Below, one piece after another: positions 1 to 9,239 of a stretch of 64,000 nucleotides of DNA (position 1 is the stretch's first letter; each line of letters starts with the position of its first letter). The translations under genes and the position numbers were made by a program. This DNA comes from Candidatus Nanopelagicales bacterium (GTDB lineage Bacteria; Actinomycetota; Actinomycetes; S36-B12; UBA10799). The notes below the pieces were generated by a model, which saw only the letters and a list, made by a program, of their open reading frames with translations, was not told where the DNA came from and ran no database searches. The DNA lies in NCBI GenBank assembly GCA_018003655.1, contig JAGNDY010000002.1, positions 926-64,925 of the forward strand, in the 5' to 3' direction.

Positions 1-702
1 GAGTGGACCCAGCGCTGGGGTCTACGCAGGTATGGATTCCATGGGCTGTCGCACGCCTATGCCAGTCGCCGTGGTGCGGAACTCGCGGGGCGCGACGTTG
101 CCGACGCTCGCATTGTCACCTGTCACCTCGGTGCCGGGGCCTCGCTGTGTGCGGTGCGAGACGGCGCCAGCGTCGACACAACGATGGGCTTCACGCCGCT
201 GGAAGGCCTGGTGATGGCAACGCGCAGCGGGTCGGTCGACCCGGGCATGGTGCTGTGGCTGCAGGAACACGCAGATCTGACCGTCGACGACCTTTCGGTC
301 GGCTTAACCCGCGAGGGCGGCTTGGCGGGGGTGTCCGGTGTCGGTGGTGACCTCCGTGATGTCAGTGACGCAGCGTCCGCCGGCTCCGACCGGGCGGGCC
401 TGGCGCTGGCGGTCTACGACCACAGCCTCGCGAGCCTCACCTCGGCGATGATCACGTCCTGCGGCGGTCTGGATGTCTTGGTCTTCACCGGCGGAGTCGG
501 CGAACACTCAGTCGAGCGCCGCGGGCAGCTGGTGGCTTCACTGGCGTACTTGGGCATCGAGCTAGACGATGCCGCCAACCGCGCGACGCAGTCCGACGGC
601 GTGATCAGCAGCACCGCGTCCAGTGCGGCTGTGGTCGTCGTGACAGCACGCGAGGATCTGCAAATTGCCAGCAGCGTTGAGCAGCTGTTGCTGAACGGCT
701 AG
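1..702 (+). CDS. ackA: acetate kinase, C-terminal part (5' end outside window)
   Basis: Frame 1 is open from nt 1. The translation ..YGFHGLSHAY..CHLGAGASLCAV..DTTMGFTPLEGLVMATRSG..VFTGGVGEHS carries acetate/propionate-kinase signature blocks. Stop TAG at 700-702. Confidence 0.9.
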   Translation, partial: EWTQRWGLRRYGFHGLSHAYASRRGAELAGRDVADARIVTCHLGAGASLCAVRDGASVDTTMGFTPLEGLVMATRSGSVDPGMVLWLQEHADLTVDDLSVGLTREGGLAGVSGVGGDLRDVSDAASAGSDRAGLALAVYDHSLASLTSAMITSCGGLDVLVFTGGVGEHSVERRGQLVASLAYLGIELDDAANRATQSDGVISSTASSAAVVVVTAREDLQIASSVEQLLLNG

Positions 703-1718
703 CCCTGTTCGTCGCTGCTTCGCTCGGACGAGTCGCTGACGCCCTCGGAATGCTTCGGTTTAATGACTGTTCCTGCGTGGGCAACGGCTGTCGGGTCCTG
801 CCGAGTCTTGATCAGGCTGGCAATCGCCGTGATCGTCAAAATCACCACGATGACCGCCAGCGAGGTCAGTGTCGGAATCTTGGGAACGCTCGCCCAGGTC
901 TCGTGTGCCCAGGTGAGAACCAGCTTGATGCCGATGAAGACCAGAATCACCGCAAGACCCAATGACAGGTAGACCAACCGATCCAGAAGGCCCTTGAGCA
1001 GGAAGAACAAGGCACGCAGCCCGAGCAGCGCAAACGCGTTCGCTGCGAACACCAAATACGGATCCTGGGTGACACCAAAGGTGGCCGGAATCGAATCGAG
1101 GGCGAACAGGAGATCGGTCGAGCCGACTGCGATGACGACGAGCAGCAATGGTGTTGCTGCTTTGACTCCGTCGATCTTGGTGAAGAACGCGGTGCCGTGA
1201 TAGTCGTCGGTGACCGTGAAGCGCTTACGCGCCAGCTTGGTCACCAAGTTCTCGGAGGGTTCGGGATCCTCATTGCGGTGTCGGGCCAACTGAATCCCGG
1301 TCCAGATCAGCAACGCACCGAAGATCACAAAGGTGAAGGAGAAGTACGCGAGCGCGGCCGCACCAACGGCAATAAAGATGGTGCGGAACACCAGCGCCAA
1401 GATGATCCCGAACAGCAGCACCCGCTGTTGCAGGGCGTCCGGAACCAGGAACTTAGCGAAGATGATGGCGAAGACGAACAAGTTGTCGACCGACAGGCTC
1501 TTCTCCACCAGGTACGCGGAAAAGAACTCGGTGCCAGCGGTCGTGCCTTGCCACCAGAAGATGACGATGCCGAACACCACCGCCACCGCGATGTAAAACA
1601 CCGACCACCAGGTCGCCTCTCGGATTCCGACGTGGTGTGGCTTGTGGCTTATCGCAAAATCGAGCGCGAGCAACCCGAGGATCACAACTACGGTGGCGAC
1701 CCAGATCCAGATGCTCAC
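699..1718 (-). CDS. TerC-family integral membrane protein
   Basis: 339-aa polytopic ORF with the TerC block [17 protein letters not shown]. Its GTG start overlaps the upstream stop (GTGA at 1715-1718). Confidence 0.85.
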   Translation of the reverse strand: MSIWIWVATVVVILGLLALDFAISHKPHHVGIREATWWSVFYIAVAVVFGIVIFWWQGTTAGTEFFSAYLVEKSLSVDNLFVFAIIFAKFLVPDALQQRVLLFGIILALVFRTIFIAVGAAALAYFSFTFVIFGALLIWTGIQLARHRNEDPEPSENLVTKLARKRFTVTDDYHGTAFFTKIDGVKAATPLLLVVIAVGSTDLLFALDSIPATFGVTQDPYLVFAANAFALLGLRALFFLLKGLLDRLVYLSLGLAVILVFIGIKLVLTWAHETWASVPKIPTLTSLAVIVVILTITAIASLIKTRQDPTAVAHAGTVIKPKHSEGVSDSSERSSDEQG

Positions 1719-2821
1719 GTCGAGTCTCCTTCGTCGTTGCGTTTGTCGAACTCATGCTCGCCTTGACTGTCCGTCGGCCTTGCCGGGTCAGACTCGGCAC
1801 CACCGAGGTGCCGTAGCCCCGAACCCGCGCCTCTGACGGGCCGCTCGGGGTGGGAGCCTGCTGCCGCCTTAGGCGCCATCGTTGGGTGGCGCTTCACTGC
1901 GACGATGGAAGTGATCGCGGTGACGGCAAGAATAGCGACAATGACTGCGAGCGATGTAAAGGCTCCTATCTGGGGCACGCTCAAGCTCGTCGTGCCGTGG
2001 AGGGCCTCCAGAATCAGCTTGACCGAGATGAAGCAGAGGATGAGCGCAAGACCCTTGTGCAGGTAGATCAAGCGATCGATGAGCCCGTTGAGCAGGAAGT
2101 AGAGCTGCCGCAGTCCCATCAGCGCAAAGGCGTTCACGGCAAAGACGATGTAACTCTCCTGCGTCAGACCGAAGACGGCTGGGATTGAGTCCAACGCAAA
2201 GAGCAGGTCGGTGGTCCCAATCGCCAGCACGACTAGGGCCATCGGAGTGATCACCCGATGACCAGCCACGCGGGTGATCATCTTGTGACCGTCGTAGTCG
2301 GGCGTGGACGGAAGCCGCTTCTCGGCAAACCGAACGATGGCGTTGCCGTCCGGGTCTGGCTCCTCGTCGCCGGAGAACCACACCTTCCAAGCGGTCCACA
2401 GCAGGAAGGCTCCGAAGATGAAGAAAACACCGATGAACGCCTCGATGATGGCGGCGCCGATGATGATGAGAATCGTCCGCAGCACCAACGCGATCAGGAT
2501 GCCGATCAGGAGAACCCGGTGCTGGAGTTCGGCCGGAACGGCGAAACTGGCGATGAGCACGACGAAGACGAACAGGTTGTCCACGCTCAGCGAATACTCG
2601 GTGACGTAGCCGGCAAAGAATTGGCCAGCGATCTCCGCACCCTGGACGTAGTAGACGCCAATTCCGAAGACGATTGCGGCGGCGATGTAGATGATCACCC
2701 AACGGGTCGCCTCGCGAACGGTGAAGGCGTGCGGGCTGGCGTCGACCAGGATGAGGTCAAGCGCGAAAACTAGGAGGACGCCCCCGATGGTGAGTGCCCA
2801 GACCCAGACGGGAACGTTCAC
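1715..2821 (-). CDS. TerC-family integral membrane protein (paralog)
   Basis: 368-aa polytopic ORF with the block [16 protein letters not shown]. Its GTG start overlaps the uvrB stop (GTGA at 2818-2821). Confidence 0.85.
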   Translation of the reverse strand: MNVPVWVWALTIGGVLLVFALDLILVDASPHAFTVREATRWVIIYIAAAIVFGIGVYYVQGAEIAGQFFAGYVTEYSLSVDNLFVFVVLIASFAVPAELQHRVLLIGILIALVLRTILIIIGAAIIEAFIGVFFIFGAFLLWTAWKVWFSGDEEPDPDGNAIVRFAEKRLPSTPDYDGHKMITRVAGHRVITPMALVVLAIGTTDLLFALDSIPAVFGLTQESYIVFAVNAFALMGLRQLYFLLNGLIDRLIYLHKGLALILCFISVKLILEALHGTTSLSVPQIGAFTSLAVIVAILAVTAITSIVAVKRHPTMAPKAAAGSHPERPVRGAGSGLRHLGGAESDPARPTDSQGEHEFDKRNDEGDST

Positions 2822-4947
2822 CCGTGGCCCGCCTCGCGCATCTGCCGCAGCTCTTTTTTGAGGTCCGAGATCTCGTCCCGGTAGCGACCAGCTAGCTCGA
2901 ACTGCAGCTCGGCCGCTGCCGCGTGCATTTGTTCGGTCAACCTGGTGATCAGGTCGACCAGATCACGAGCGGGCATGCCGTCGCGGTCAGCGACCGTGAC
3001 GCTCGTGGCGCTGTCGCTTGCCTTCGCCCGGGATCGCATGTCACCCCCGGCAACGCGACCGCGCGAGCGACTGCGTCCCGATCCCCCGAGCAACTCCTCG
3101 GTGTCAGCGTCTTCACGAGCGAGTAGGTCGGTGATGTCGGCGATCTTCTTGCGCAACGGCTGTGGGTCGACGCCGCGCTCCACGTTGTAGGCAGTCTGCT
3201 TGGCTCGGCGACGGTTGGTCTCATCGATTGCTTTGCGCATCGAATCGGTGATGGTGTCGGCATACATGTGAACCTCGCCGGAGACGTTTCGCGCGGCGCG
3301 ACCGATGGTCTGCACCAGGCTGCGTGCAGACCGCAGGAAACCCTCTTTGTCGGCGTCCAGGATCGCGACGAGGCTGACCTCGGGTAGATCCAGGCCCTCG
3401 CGAAGCAAGTTGATGCCGACGAGGACGTCGTAGAGTCCCTGCCGAAGTTCGCGCAGCAGTTCCACCCGGCGCAAGGTGTCCACCTCGCTGTGGAGGTAGC
3501 GGGCGCGTACTCCGTTCTCCAGCAGATAATCAGTGAGGTCCTCGGCCATTTTCTTGGTCAGCGTTGTGACGAGAACCCGCTCCTTGACGGCGACCCGCGT
3601 CTGGATCTCGTCGAGGAGGTCGTCGATTTGGCCCTTGGTTGGTTTGACGATGATCTCCGGGTCGAGCAGGCCAGTCGGTCGGATCACCTGCTCAACAACG
3701 TCGTTGTCGACCTTGGCCAGTTCATAGGGACCTGGGGTCGCGGACAGGTAGATCGTCTGGCCGATCCGGTCGACGAACTCCTCCCACCGCAGCGGCCGGT
3801 TGTCCATCGCGCTCGGCAGCCGGAACCCGTGGTCGACCAACATCCGCTTGCGCGACATGTCGCCCTCATACATGCCGCCAATCTGCGGCACCGTCACGTG
3901 CGACTCATCGATGACGAGCAGGAAGTCCTCGGGGAAGTAGTCGATCAGGCAGTTCGGTGCACTCCCCTGCTCGCGACCATCGATGTGACGCGAGTAGTTC
4001 TCGATACCGGAGCAGAAACCGACTTGCTGCATCATCTCAATGTCGTACTCGGTTCGCATGCGTAACCGCTGGGCTTCCAACAAGTGGTTGCCCTTCTCCA
4101 GCTCGGCCAGGCGACCTTCAAGCTCCGCTTCGATGGCGGTGATCGCGCGTTCCATCCGTTCCGGACCGGCGACGTAGTGCGAGGCGGGGAAGACGTAAAG
4201 CTCACTGTCCTCAGTCAGGATCTCGCCGGTCACCGGCTGCAGGGTCATCAGCCGTTCGACTTGGTCGCCGAAGAACTCAATGCGGACTGGATGCTCCTCG
4301 TACACCGGGAACACCTCGAGGGTGTCGCCACGAACTCGGAACGTGCCTCGAGTAAAGGCGAGGTCGTTGCGGCTGTATTGGATCTGTACCAGTCGACGCA
4401 AGATCGAATCGCGATCGTATTCTTCGCCGACACGAACCCGCACCATCCGATCGATGTACTCCTGCGGCGTCCCCAGACCGTAGATGGCACTGACGGTCGC
4501 GACCACGATGCAGTCCCGACGGGTGAGCAGCGCATTGGTCGCGGAGTGCCGAAGACGCTCGACCTCCTCGTTGATGGAGGAGTCCTTCTCGATGTAGGTA
4601 TCGGTCTGCGGGATGTAGGCCTCGGGTTGGTAGTAGTCGTAGTAGGAGACGAAGTACTCGACCGCGTTGTCAGGCATGAGTTCGCGGAATTCGTTGGCCA
4701 ACTGCGCCGCCAGCGTCTTGTTGGGCGCCATGACCAGCGTCGGGCGTTGGAGTTTCTCAACCAACCAAGCCGTGGTCGCGCTCTTGCCGGTTCCGGTGGC
4801 ACCTAGCAGCACGACGTTCTGGTCATCCGCCTCGATCCGGCGGGCGATCTCCGCGATTGCCGCTGGCTGGTCGCCGGCCGGTTCGTACTCGCTAATCACC
4901 CGAAACGGGGCAACGGTTCGTTGAAGGTCGGTAACGGGCCTCGCCAT
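2818..4947 (-). CDS. uvrB: excinuclease ABC subunit B
   Basis: 709 aa with Walker [11 protein letters not shown], helicase blocks ([15 protein letters not shown]) and a C-terminal UVR motif ([17 protein letters not shown]). Confidence 0.97.
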   Translation of the reverse strand: MARPVTDLQRTVAPFRVISEYEPAGDQPAAIAEIARRIEADDQNVVLLGATGTGKSATTAWLVEKLQRPTLVMAPNKTLAAQLANEFRELMPDNAVEYFVSYYDYYQPEAYIPQTDTYIEKDSSINEEVERLRHSATNALLTRRDCIVVATVSAIYGLGTPQEYIDRMVRVRVGEEYDRDSILRRLVQIQYSRNDLAFTRGTFRVRGDTLEVFPVYEEHPVRIEFFGDQVERLMTLQPVTGEILTEDSELYVFPASHYVAGPERMERAITAIEAELEGRLAELEKGNHLLEAQRLRMRTEYDIEMMQQVGFCSGIENYSRHIDGREQGSAPNCLIDYFPEDFLLVIDESHVTVPQIGGMYEGDMSRKRMLVDHGFRLPSAMDNRPLRWEEFVDRIGQTIYLSATPGPYELAKVDNDVVEQVIRPTGLLDPEIIVKPTKGQIDDLLDEIQTRVAVKERVLVTTLTKKMAEDLTDYLLENGVRARYLHSEVDTLRRVELLRELRQGLYDVLVGINLLREGLDLPEVSLVAILDADKEGFLRSARSLVQTIGRAARNVSGEVHMYADTITDSMRKAIDETNRRRAKQTAYNVERGVDPQPLRKKIADITDLLAREDADTEELLGGSGRSRSRGRVAGGDMRSRAKASDSATSVTVADRDGMPARDLVDLITRLTEQMHAAAAELQFELAGRYRDEISDLKKELRQMREAGHG

Positions 4948-5020
4948 GGCCCAACGCTACCCCGCCAGCCCGGCCGTGCCCCACGCCGTTGGCTCGACAA
5001 CGTCCGCTGTGGCCCGGGGC

Positions 5021-5115
5021 CGCTCACCCCTATTCCACTTTGCTACCGGTACACGCCGTGTGGCGTCCCTTTCACAGCCGCCTACCGGCGTGTGCCGGTT
5101 GCAAAGTCGGGTGGG
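5021..5115. repeat. palindromic repeat element, copy 1
   Basis: The arm 5035-5058 (CCACTTTGCTACCGGTACACGCCG) pairs with 5086-5110, with one bulge, one mismatch and one G-U. The flank CGCTCACCCCT at 5021-5031 reappears reverse-complemented next to copy 2. Confidence 0.6.
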
Positions 5116-5201
5116 TTGTTGCTGCAACGCTGACCGTGACGGTTTCCACAGCTGAGAGATGGGCGGCAGCTGGCACCACACATTCGCTGGACGCTGTTGT
5201 G

Positions 5202-6203
5202 ATGCCCTCAGATGCCGCCGCTTTCGCAACCACCGACCTGCTGATCGACCTATTTGGCGGCTTGCCATTCCGCGGGCGCGACGCGCAGCTTCGAGGTGTG
5301 CGAAGGAAGCGGCTTGACGCAGCCGCAACCATTGGGCTGTTGGGCCGAATCAGTCGAGACGTCTACGTGGTCAAGCAGCTCACAGACGGTGGGGACGACG
5401 ACCAACTCCACGAACGGGCGCTCGCGATTCAGTTGGCGATCCCGGGGGCGGTCATCAGCCACGAATCCGCGGCTCGTTTGCACGGCCTGGACTTCCGGAG
5501 ACGTTGGCGCCGCAGGCACGAAGGAGATCTTGTGACTGCGACGGTCCCGGGAGGGAGCCATCTCGCGCGCGACGGATACCGCACGGTTTCGGCGCGGGTT
5601 CCGCAGCAGCAACGCGTCACCATCGACGGGATTGTGACGACGGGCCCGGCACGGACCGCAGTTGATCTTGCCAGACAGTCAAATTTGGGCGATGGCCTTG
5701 CCGTCTGCGACTCCGCGATGCGCAAGCTCGTGCTTCGTGCCGCGTTGACCATGAAACTCGACGATCGTGTGGCAGTTCACCGAGATGACCTCCGGACGCG
5801 GGCACGGGAAAGCCTCGAACTCGTAGCCAGAGACATGCCCAGGTGGCCGGGCATTCGCCCTGCCCGGCGAGCAATTCTGGAGGCCGACCCGGCGTCCGAG
5901 TCACCACTTGAGTCCGCTTCCCGTGCGGTGGCGATCACTGCGGGTCTCCCGGCGCCGAAGGTCGGGTGGCCCATAACGCTACCCAACGGGCGCACGGTTT
6001 GGGGTGACCTCGTTTGGCTTGAGGAGCGTGTTGTCGGCGAGGCCGACGGCGCGTTGAAGTACACGTCGCGAGATGACCTCATGCGCGAGAAGCTGCGCGA
6101 GGACGCATTGAGGTCCTGCGGCTGGACGGTCGTTCGTTGGACCTGGAACGAAGCAGTCGTGGAGCCCCATCTCCTCGTCCGCAAACTCCACCGGGTGCTT
6201 TAG
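5202..6203 (+). CDS. AbiEi-like N-terminal domain / DUF559-type (PD-(D/E)xK-like) endonuclease-domain protein
   Basis: The central block AVISHESAARLHGL..TTGPARTAVDLAR and the C-terminal block GDLVWLEERVVGEADGALKY..GWTVVRWTW resemble this common actinobacterial family (from memory). The first ATG after the palindrome was chosen as start, because the ORF-track start at 4989 reads through the repeat. Confidence 0.6.
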   Translation: MPSDAAAFATTDLLIDLFGGLPFRGRDAQLRGVRRKRLDAAATIGLLGRISRDVYVVKQLTDGGDDDQLHERALAIQLAIPGAVISHESAARLHGLDFRRRWRRRHEGDLVTATVPGGSHLARDGYRTVSARVPQQQRVTIDGIVTTGPARTAVDLARQSNLGDGLAVCDSAMRKLVLRAALTMKLDDRVAVHRDDLRTRARESLELVARDMPRWPGIRPARRAILEADPASESPLESASRAVAITAGLPAPKVGWPITLPNGRTVWGDLVWLEERVVGEADGALKYTSRDDLMREKLREDALRSCGWTVVRWTWNEAVVEPHLLVRKLHRVL

Positions 6204-6250
6204 CAGCCGGGTAGCGCTCATCGCAGCCGATGCGTGCCGACGTGACCCCA

Positions 6251-6339
6251 CCACCTTGCTACCGCAACACACCGGAACGGAGCGAGTTCAACCCCAGTCG
6301 CCGGTGTGTTGCGGTAGCAAAGTGGAGCAGGGGTGAGCG
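6251..6339. repeat. palindromic repeat element, copy 2 (inverted relative to copy 1)
   Basis: 25-nt arms at 6251-6275 and 6301-6325 are complementary with one mismatch and enclose a 25-nt loop. AGGGGTGAGCG at 6329-6339 is the reverse complement of the copy-1 flank. Confidence 0.65.
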
Positions 6340-6417
6340 GGCGAGGACCACCCGACGGGCGTGGGTGGAGGTAGCGTGGCGCGGGTGCGGAGGCTTGGAG
6401 CGCAGGAGTGCGAGGCG

Positions 6418-7800
6418 ATGGCCGAGGCGGCCGCTGGTCACTTGCACGCCGCCCACACCGCTCAGGTGATGACCGGTGACCGGATCGCGATCGTGGTGCC
6501 AGCCGAGGGAACGCCGCACGAGGAAGCTGCTGAGATCCAGGCACACGTCCTCGGGCTGGTCATGGGTGCTTTGCGAAGCGGGATCATCCCGGTGATGGTG
6601 AATCCCGCTCTGCCGCCAGAGGCTCGCGAGCAGATAATCGCCGATGCCGAAGTGTCGTTGGTGATCGACGACGCGGACTCCCTCTTCACACTCACGAGCA
6701 CCCGGACAGACACCCCACCGGCTGAGCTTGCACCGATACCACTCGGTCGACCGATGCACTACACGTCCGGAACGACGGGACGATCGAAGGGGGTCTGGAG
6801 TGGAATCTGGGACGAGCAGACCGCCACCACGGCTTGGGCAGATGAACAGCAACAGTGGGTGTTCACTGGTCAGGATGTGACCCTGGTTCACGGCCCGCTC
6901 GCCCACAGCGGGCCCCTGCGGTTCGCCATGCTGGTGCTACTCGCGGGTGGCACCGTGTTGCTGCCCGGAGCTTTTGACGCCCAGCGCATCGCGGACTGCC
7001 TCGTCGAGGACAGGCCCACGCACGCGTTCGTCGTGCCCAGCCATATCCAACGGTTGATGGCCTTGCCGGGCGGACCGCCACCGTCCCCGTACCGCCTACT
7101 GACCCACGCTGGCGCGGCGTGCCCGGCCCCGCTCAAACAGCAGATTCACGACTGGGCCGGAGTCGACCGAACGTGGGAGTTCTACGGCTCCACCGAAGGC
7201 CAGTTCACCGCATGCAGCGGTCGTGAGTGGGAACAACGCCCAGGAACGGTCGGTCGGGCTCGCGCCGGACGAACGCTCACGATTCGCGATGGCGTCATCT
7301 GGTGCCAAGTTCCGCGATGGTTCACGTTCGAGTATTGGAACGACCCCGAGAAGACCTTGAGGGCCTGGCACACCAACGACCAGGGTGGTCGTGAGTTCTC
7401 CGTCGGTGACCTCGGTCGCCTCGACCAGGACGGCTACCTGTGGCTCGTCGGCCGCCGCGACGACCTCATCATCACCGGTGGTGTCAACGTGTACCCCGCG
7501 CAAGTCGAAGACGTCCTCTTGGCACATCCGTCCGTCAGCGAGGTCGCAGTGTTTGGGATCGAGGATGAGCAGTGGGGTCAGCGCGTTTGTGCGGCCCTCG
7601 TCCTCCACGAGGACCCCGCCGCGAGGAGCATGGAGACAGCGGCGACCGAAACCGTGTTGCGATCCATCACCAACCACGCAGCAGGGCATCTGGCCGGGTA
7701 CCAACGGCCAAAGAGCTACTACCCGACGAGCGATCTGCCCCGCACTGAGTCGGGCAAGGTGCGCCGCACCGAACTACCGGAGTTCCTCGGCCTCGGTTAG
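6418..7800 (+). CDS. AMP-dependent synthetase/ligase (acyl-CoA synthetase family)
   Basis: Contains the AMP-binding motif MHYTSGTTGRSKGV, then GDLGRLDQDGYLWLVGRRDDLI and a C-terminal SGKVRR. The start is ambiguous (GTG 6361, ATG 6418 or ATG 6469). Confidence 0.8.
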   Translation: MAEAAAGHLHAAHTAQVMTGDRIAIVVPAEGTPHEEAAEIQAHVLGLVMGALRSGIIPVMVNPALPPEAREQIIADAEVSLVIDDADSLFTLTSTRTDTPPAELAPIPLGRPMHYTSGTTGRSKGVWSGIWDEQTATTAWADEQQQWVFTGQDVTLVHGPLAHSGPLRFAMLVLLAGGTVLLPGAFDAQRIADCLVEDRPTHAFVVPSHIQRLMALPGGPPPSPYRLLTHAGAACPAPLKQQIHDWAGVDRTWEFYGSTEGQFTACSGREWEQRPGTVGRARAGRTLTIRDGVIWCQVPRWFTFEYWNDPEKTLRAWHTNDQGGREFSVGDLGRLDQDGYLWLVGRRDDLIITGGVNVYPAQVEDVLLAHPSVSEVAVFGIEDEQWGQRVCAALVLHEDPAARSMETAATETVLRSITNHAAGHLAGYQRPKSYYPTSDLPRTESGKVRRTELPEFLGLG

Positions 7801-7805
7801 GAGAA

Positions 7806-7838
7806 CAGCGGCGGCGCAGCGTCAAGACGCCGCCACTG
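7806..7838. terminator. candidate bidirectional hairpin between convergent ligase and coaE
   Basis: An 11-position stem (7806-7816 / 7828-7838, one mismatch) with an 11-nt loop. It straddles both stop codons. There is no clear U-tract. Confidence 0.3.
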
Positions 7839-8424
7839 TCGAGATGCGGTCCCACACCCGGTCAACGTGGTCTGCAAGATCCGCCAGCGTGCCGGAGTTG
7901 TCGATGACCTCATCCGCGATCGCCAAGCGCTGCTCGCGGGTCGCCTGCGCGGCCATCCGTGCGCGGGCATCCTGCTCCGTCAGTCCCCGAACCAGCAAGC
8001 GCTGGACGCGCAGATCATCAGGACAGTCAACGACCACCACTAGGTCGTAGGCATCAGCCAAGTTCAGCTCGGTCAGCAGCGCAACATCGTGCACAATCAC
8101 CGCGCCATCCGGTGCATCGGCGTACATCTGCAAGGTGCGCTCACGAATCAATGGGTGCGTGATGGCATCGAGTCGCTGACGCGAGGCCTCGTCGGCAAAT
8201 GCAACGGTGGCCAAGCCTGCGCGGTCAAGCGAACCGTCAGCCTGGATGACGCCGTTGCCAAAGGCCTCGGCCAAGGCAGCAAGACCTTGGGTGCCCGGTG
8301 CCACTAACTCACGCGCGATCGCGTCAGCATCGATGACATAGGCGCCCCGCGCCGCCAACAATTGGGCCACCGTCGACTTCCCCGAGCCGATTCCACCCGT
8401 CAGGCCGACTCGTACGTTGCCCAT
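7822..8424 (-). CDS. coaE: dephospho-CoA kinase
   Basis: Has the P-loop VGLTGGIGSGKSTVAQLL. ATG 8424 was chosen as start because the ORF-track start at 8523 would overlap the upstream gene by about 100 nt. Confidence 0.9.
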   Translation of the reverse strand: MGNVRVGLTGGIGSGKSTVAQLLAARGAYVIDADAIARELVAPGTQGLAALAEAFGNGVIQADGSLDRAGLATVAFADEASRQRLDAITHPLIRERTLQMYADAPDGAVIVHDVALLTELNLADAYDLVVVVDCPDDLRVQRLLVRGLTEQDARARMAAQATREQRLAIADEVIDNSGTLADLADHVDRVWDRISTVAAS

Positions 8425-8426
8425 CG

Positions 8427-9206
8427 CTACGACCCGGCTGCCCGCTTGGTCACAACCCGGAAGACCGGCCGTGGCAGATGTCGCAAGGTCGACATCAACG
8501 GCCGGACACCCGCGGGTGCCCACACCAGCGAGGAACCCTTTCGCAAGGCTTTGACGGTCTGTTCGGCGACGACCTCCGGCGTGGTGGCCAACGGCGCGAC
8601 CGGCAAGCCCTCGGTCATCTTGGTGTGGACGAATCCAGGACGAACCACCAAAACCTGAATCCCTGATCCCACCAGCGAATCAGCCATTCCAGACGCCCAC
8701 GCATCGACGCCCGCCTTGGTGGATGCGTATACGTAGTTGTCCAGTCTCGATCGCTCGGCCGCCACCGATGAGAGCACCACCAACGAGCCATATCCCTGGG
8801 TGCGGAAGCGCTGAACCGCGATGGTGCCGGTGAGGATCGCGCCGGTGTAGTTGACGTCCAGCAACTGCCGGACGCCGTCGAGGTCCTGCTCGCAGTCCAC
8901 CCCGGTACCCAACAGACCGAAGGAACTGATGACGCAATCCACGGAGCCACCGGAGAACGCTGTGTCGAAGGCCGGCTCATATGTCTCCTGCTTGGCTGCG
9001 TCAAACTGCACAGCGACCACGTTCAGGCCTGGGTGTTCGTGCGATAACGCCGCTATCGCCTCCGCAGCGGAGTCCACGGAACGAACCGCCAAGAAGACGT
9101 CGGTCAACCGTCCGTCCTTCGCCAACTCGCGCACGATCGCGAGGCCAATCTCGCTTGTGCCTCCAAGCAACATGATTCGTTGCATCGCACCCAAACCATC
9201 GCGCAT
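8427..9206 (-). CDS. dprE2: decaprenylphospho-2-keto-ribose reductase (SDR)
   Basis: The N-terminus MRDGLGAMQRIMLLGGTSEIG has the Gly-rich NAD motif, YASTK is the SDR catalytic motif, and the C-terminus reads LVWAPAGVRPLMSTLRHLP. It lies directly downstream of dprE1. Alternative starts are 9224 and 9182. Confidence 0.8.
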   Translation of the reverse strand: MRDGLGAMQRIMLLGGTSEIGLAIVRELAKDGRLTDVFLAVRSVDSAAEAIAALSHEHPGLNVVAVQFDAAKQETYEPAFDTAFSGGSVDCVISSFGLLGTGVDCEQDLDGVRQLLDVNYTGAILTGTIAVQRFRTQGYGSLVVLSSVAAERSRLDNYVYASTKAGVDAWASGMADSLVGSGIQVLVVRPGFVHTKMTEGLPVAPLATTPEVVAEQTVKALRKGSSLVWAPAGVRPLMSTLRHLPRPVFRVVTKRAAGS

Positions 9207-9239
9207 GTCGTGTCCCACTCTCATAGCTACCGAGATCCC

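Noticed and set aside
699-702. ackA and terC stop codons share the palindrome CTAG
   Set aside because: It is real, but it is a trivial consequence of convergent genes abutting. It only shows that no terminator fits between them.
4989-5201. N-terminal 71-codon extension of the DUF559-type ORF
   Set aside because: The extension reads straight through the palindromic repeat and has no protein-like features. The first ATG after the repeat is the more plausible start.
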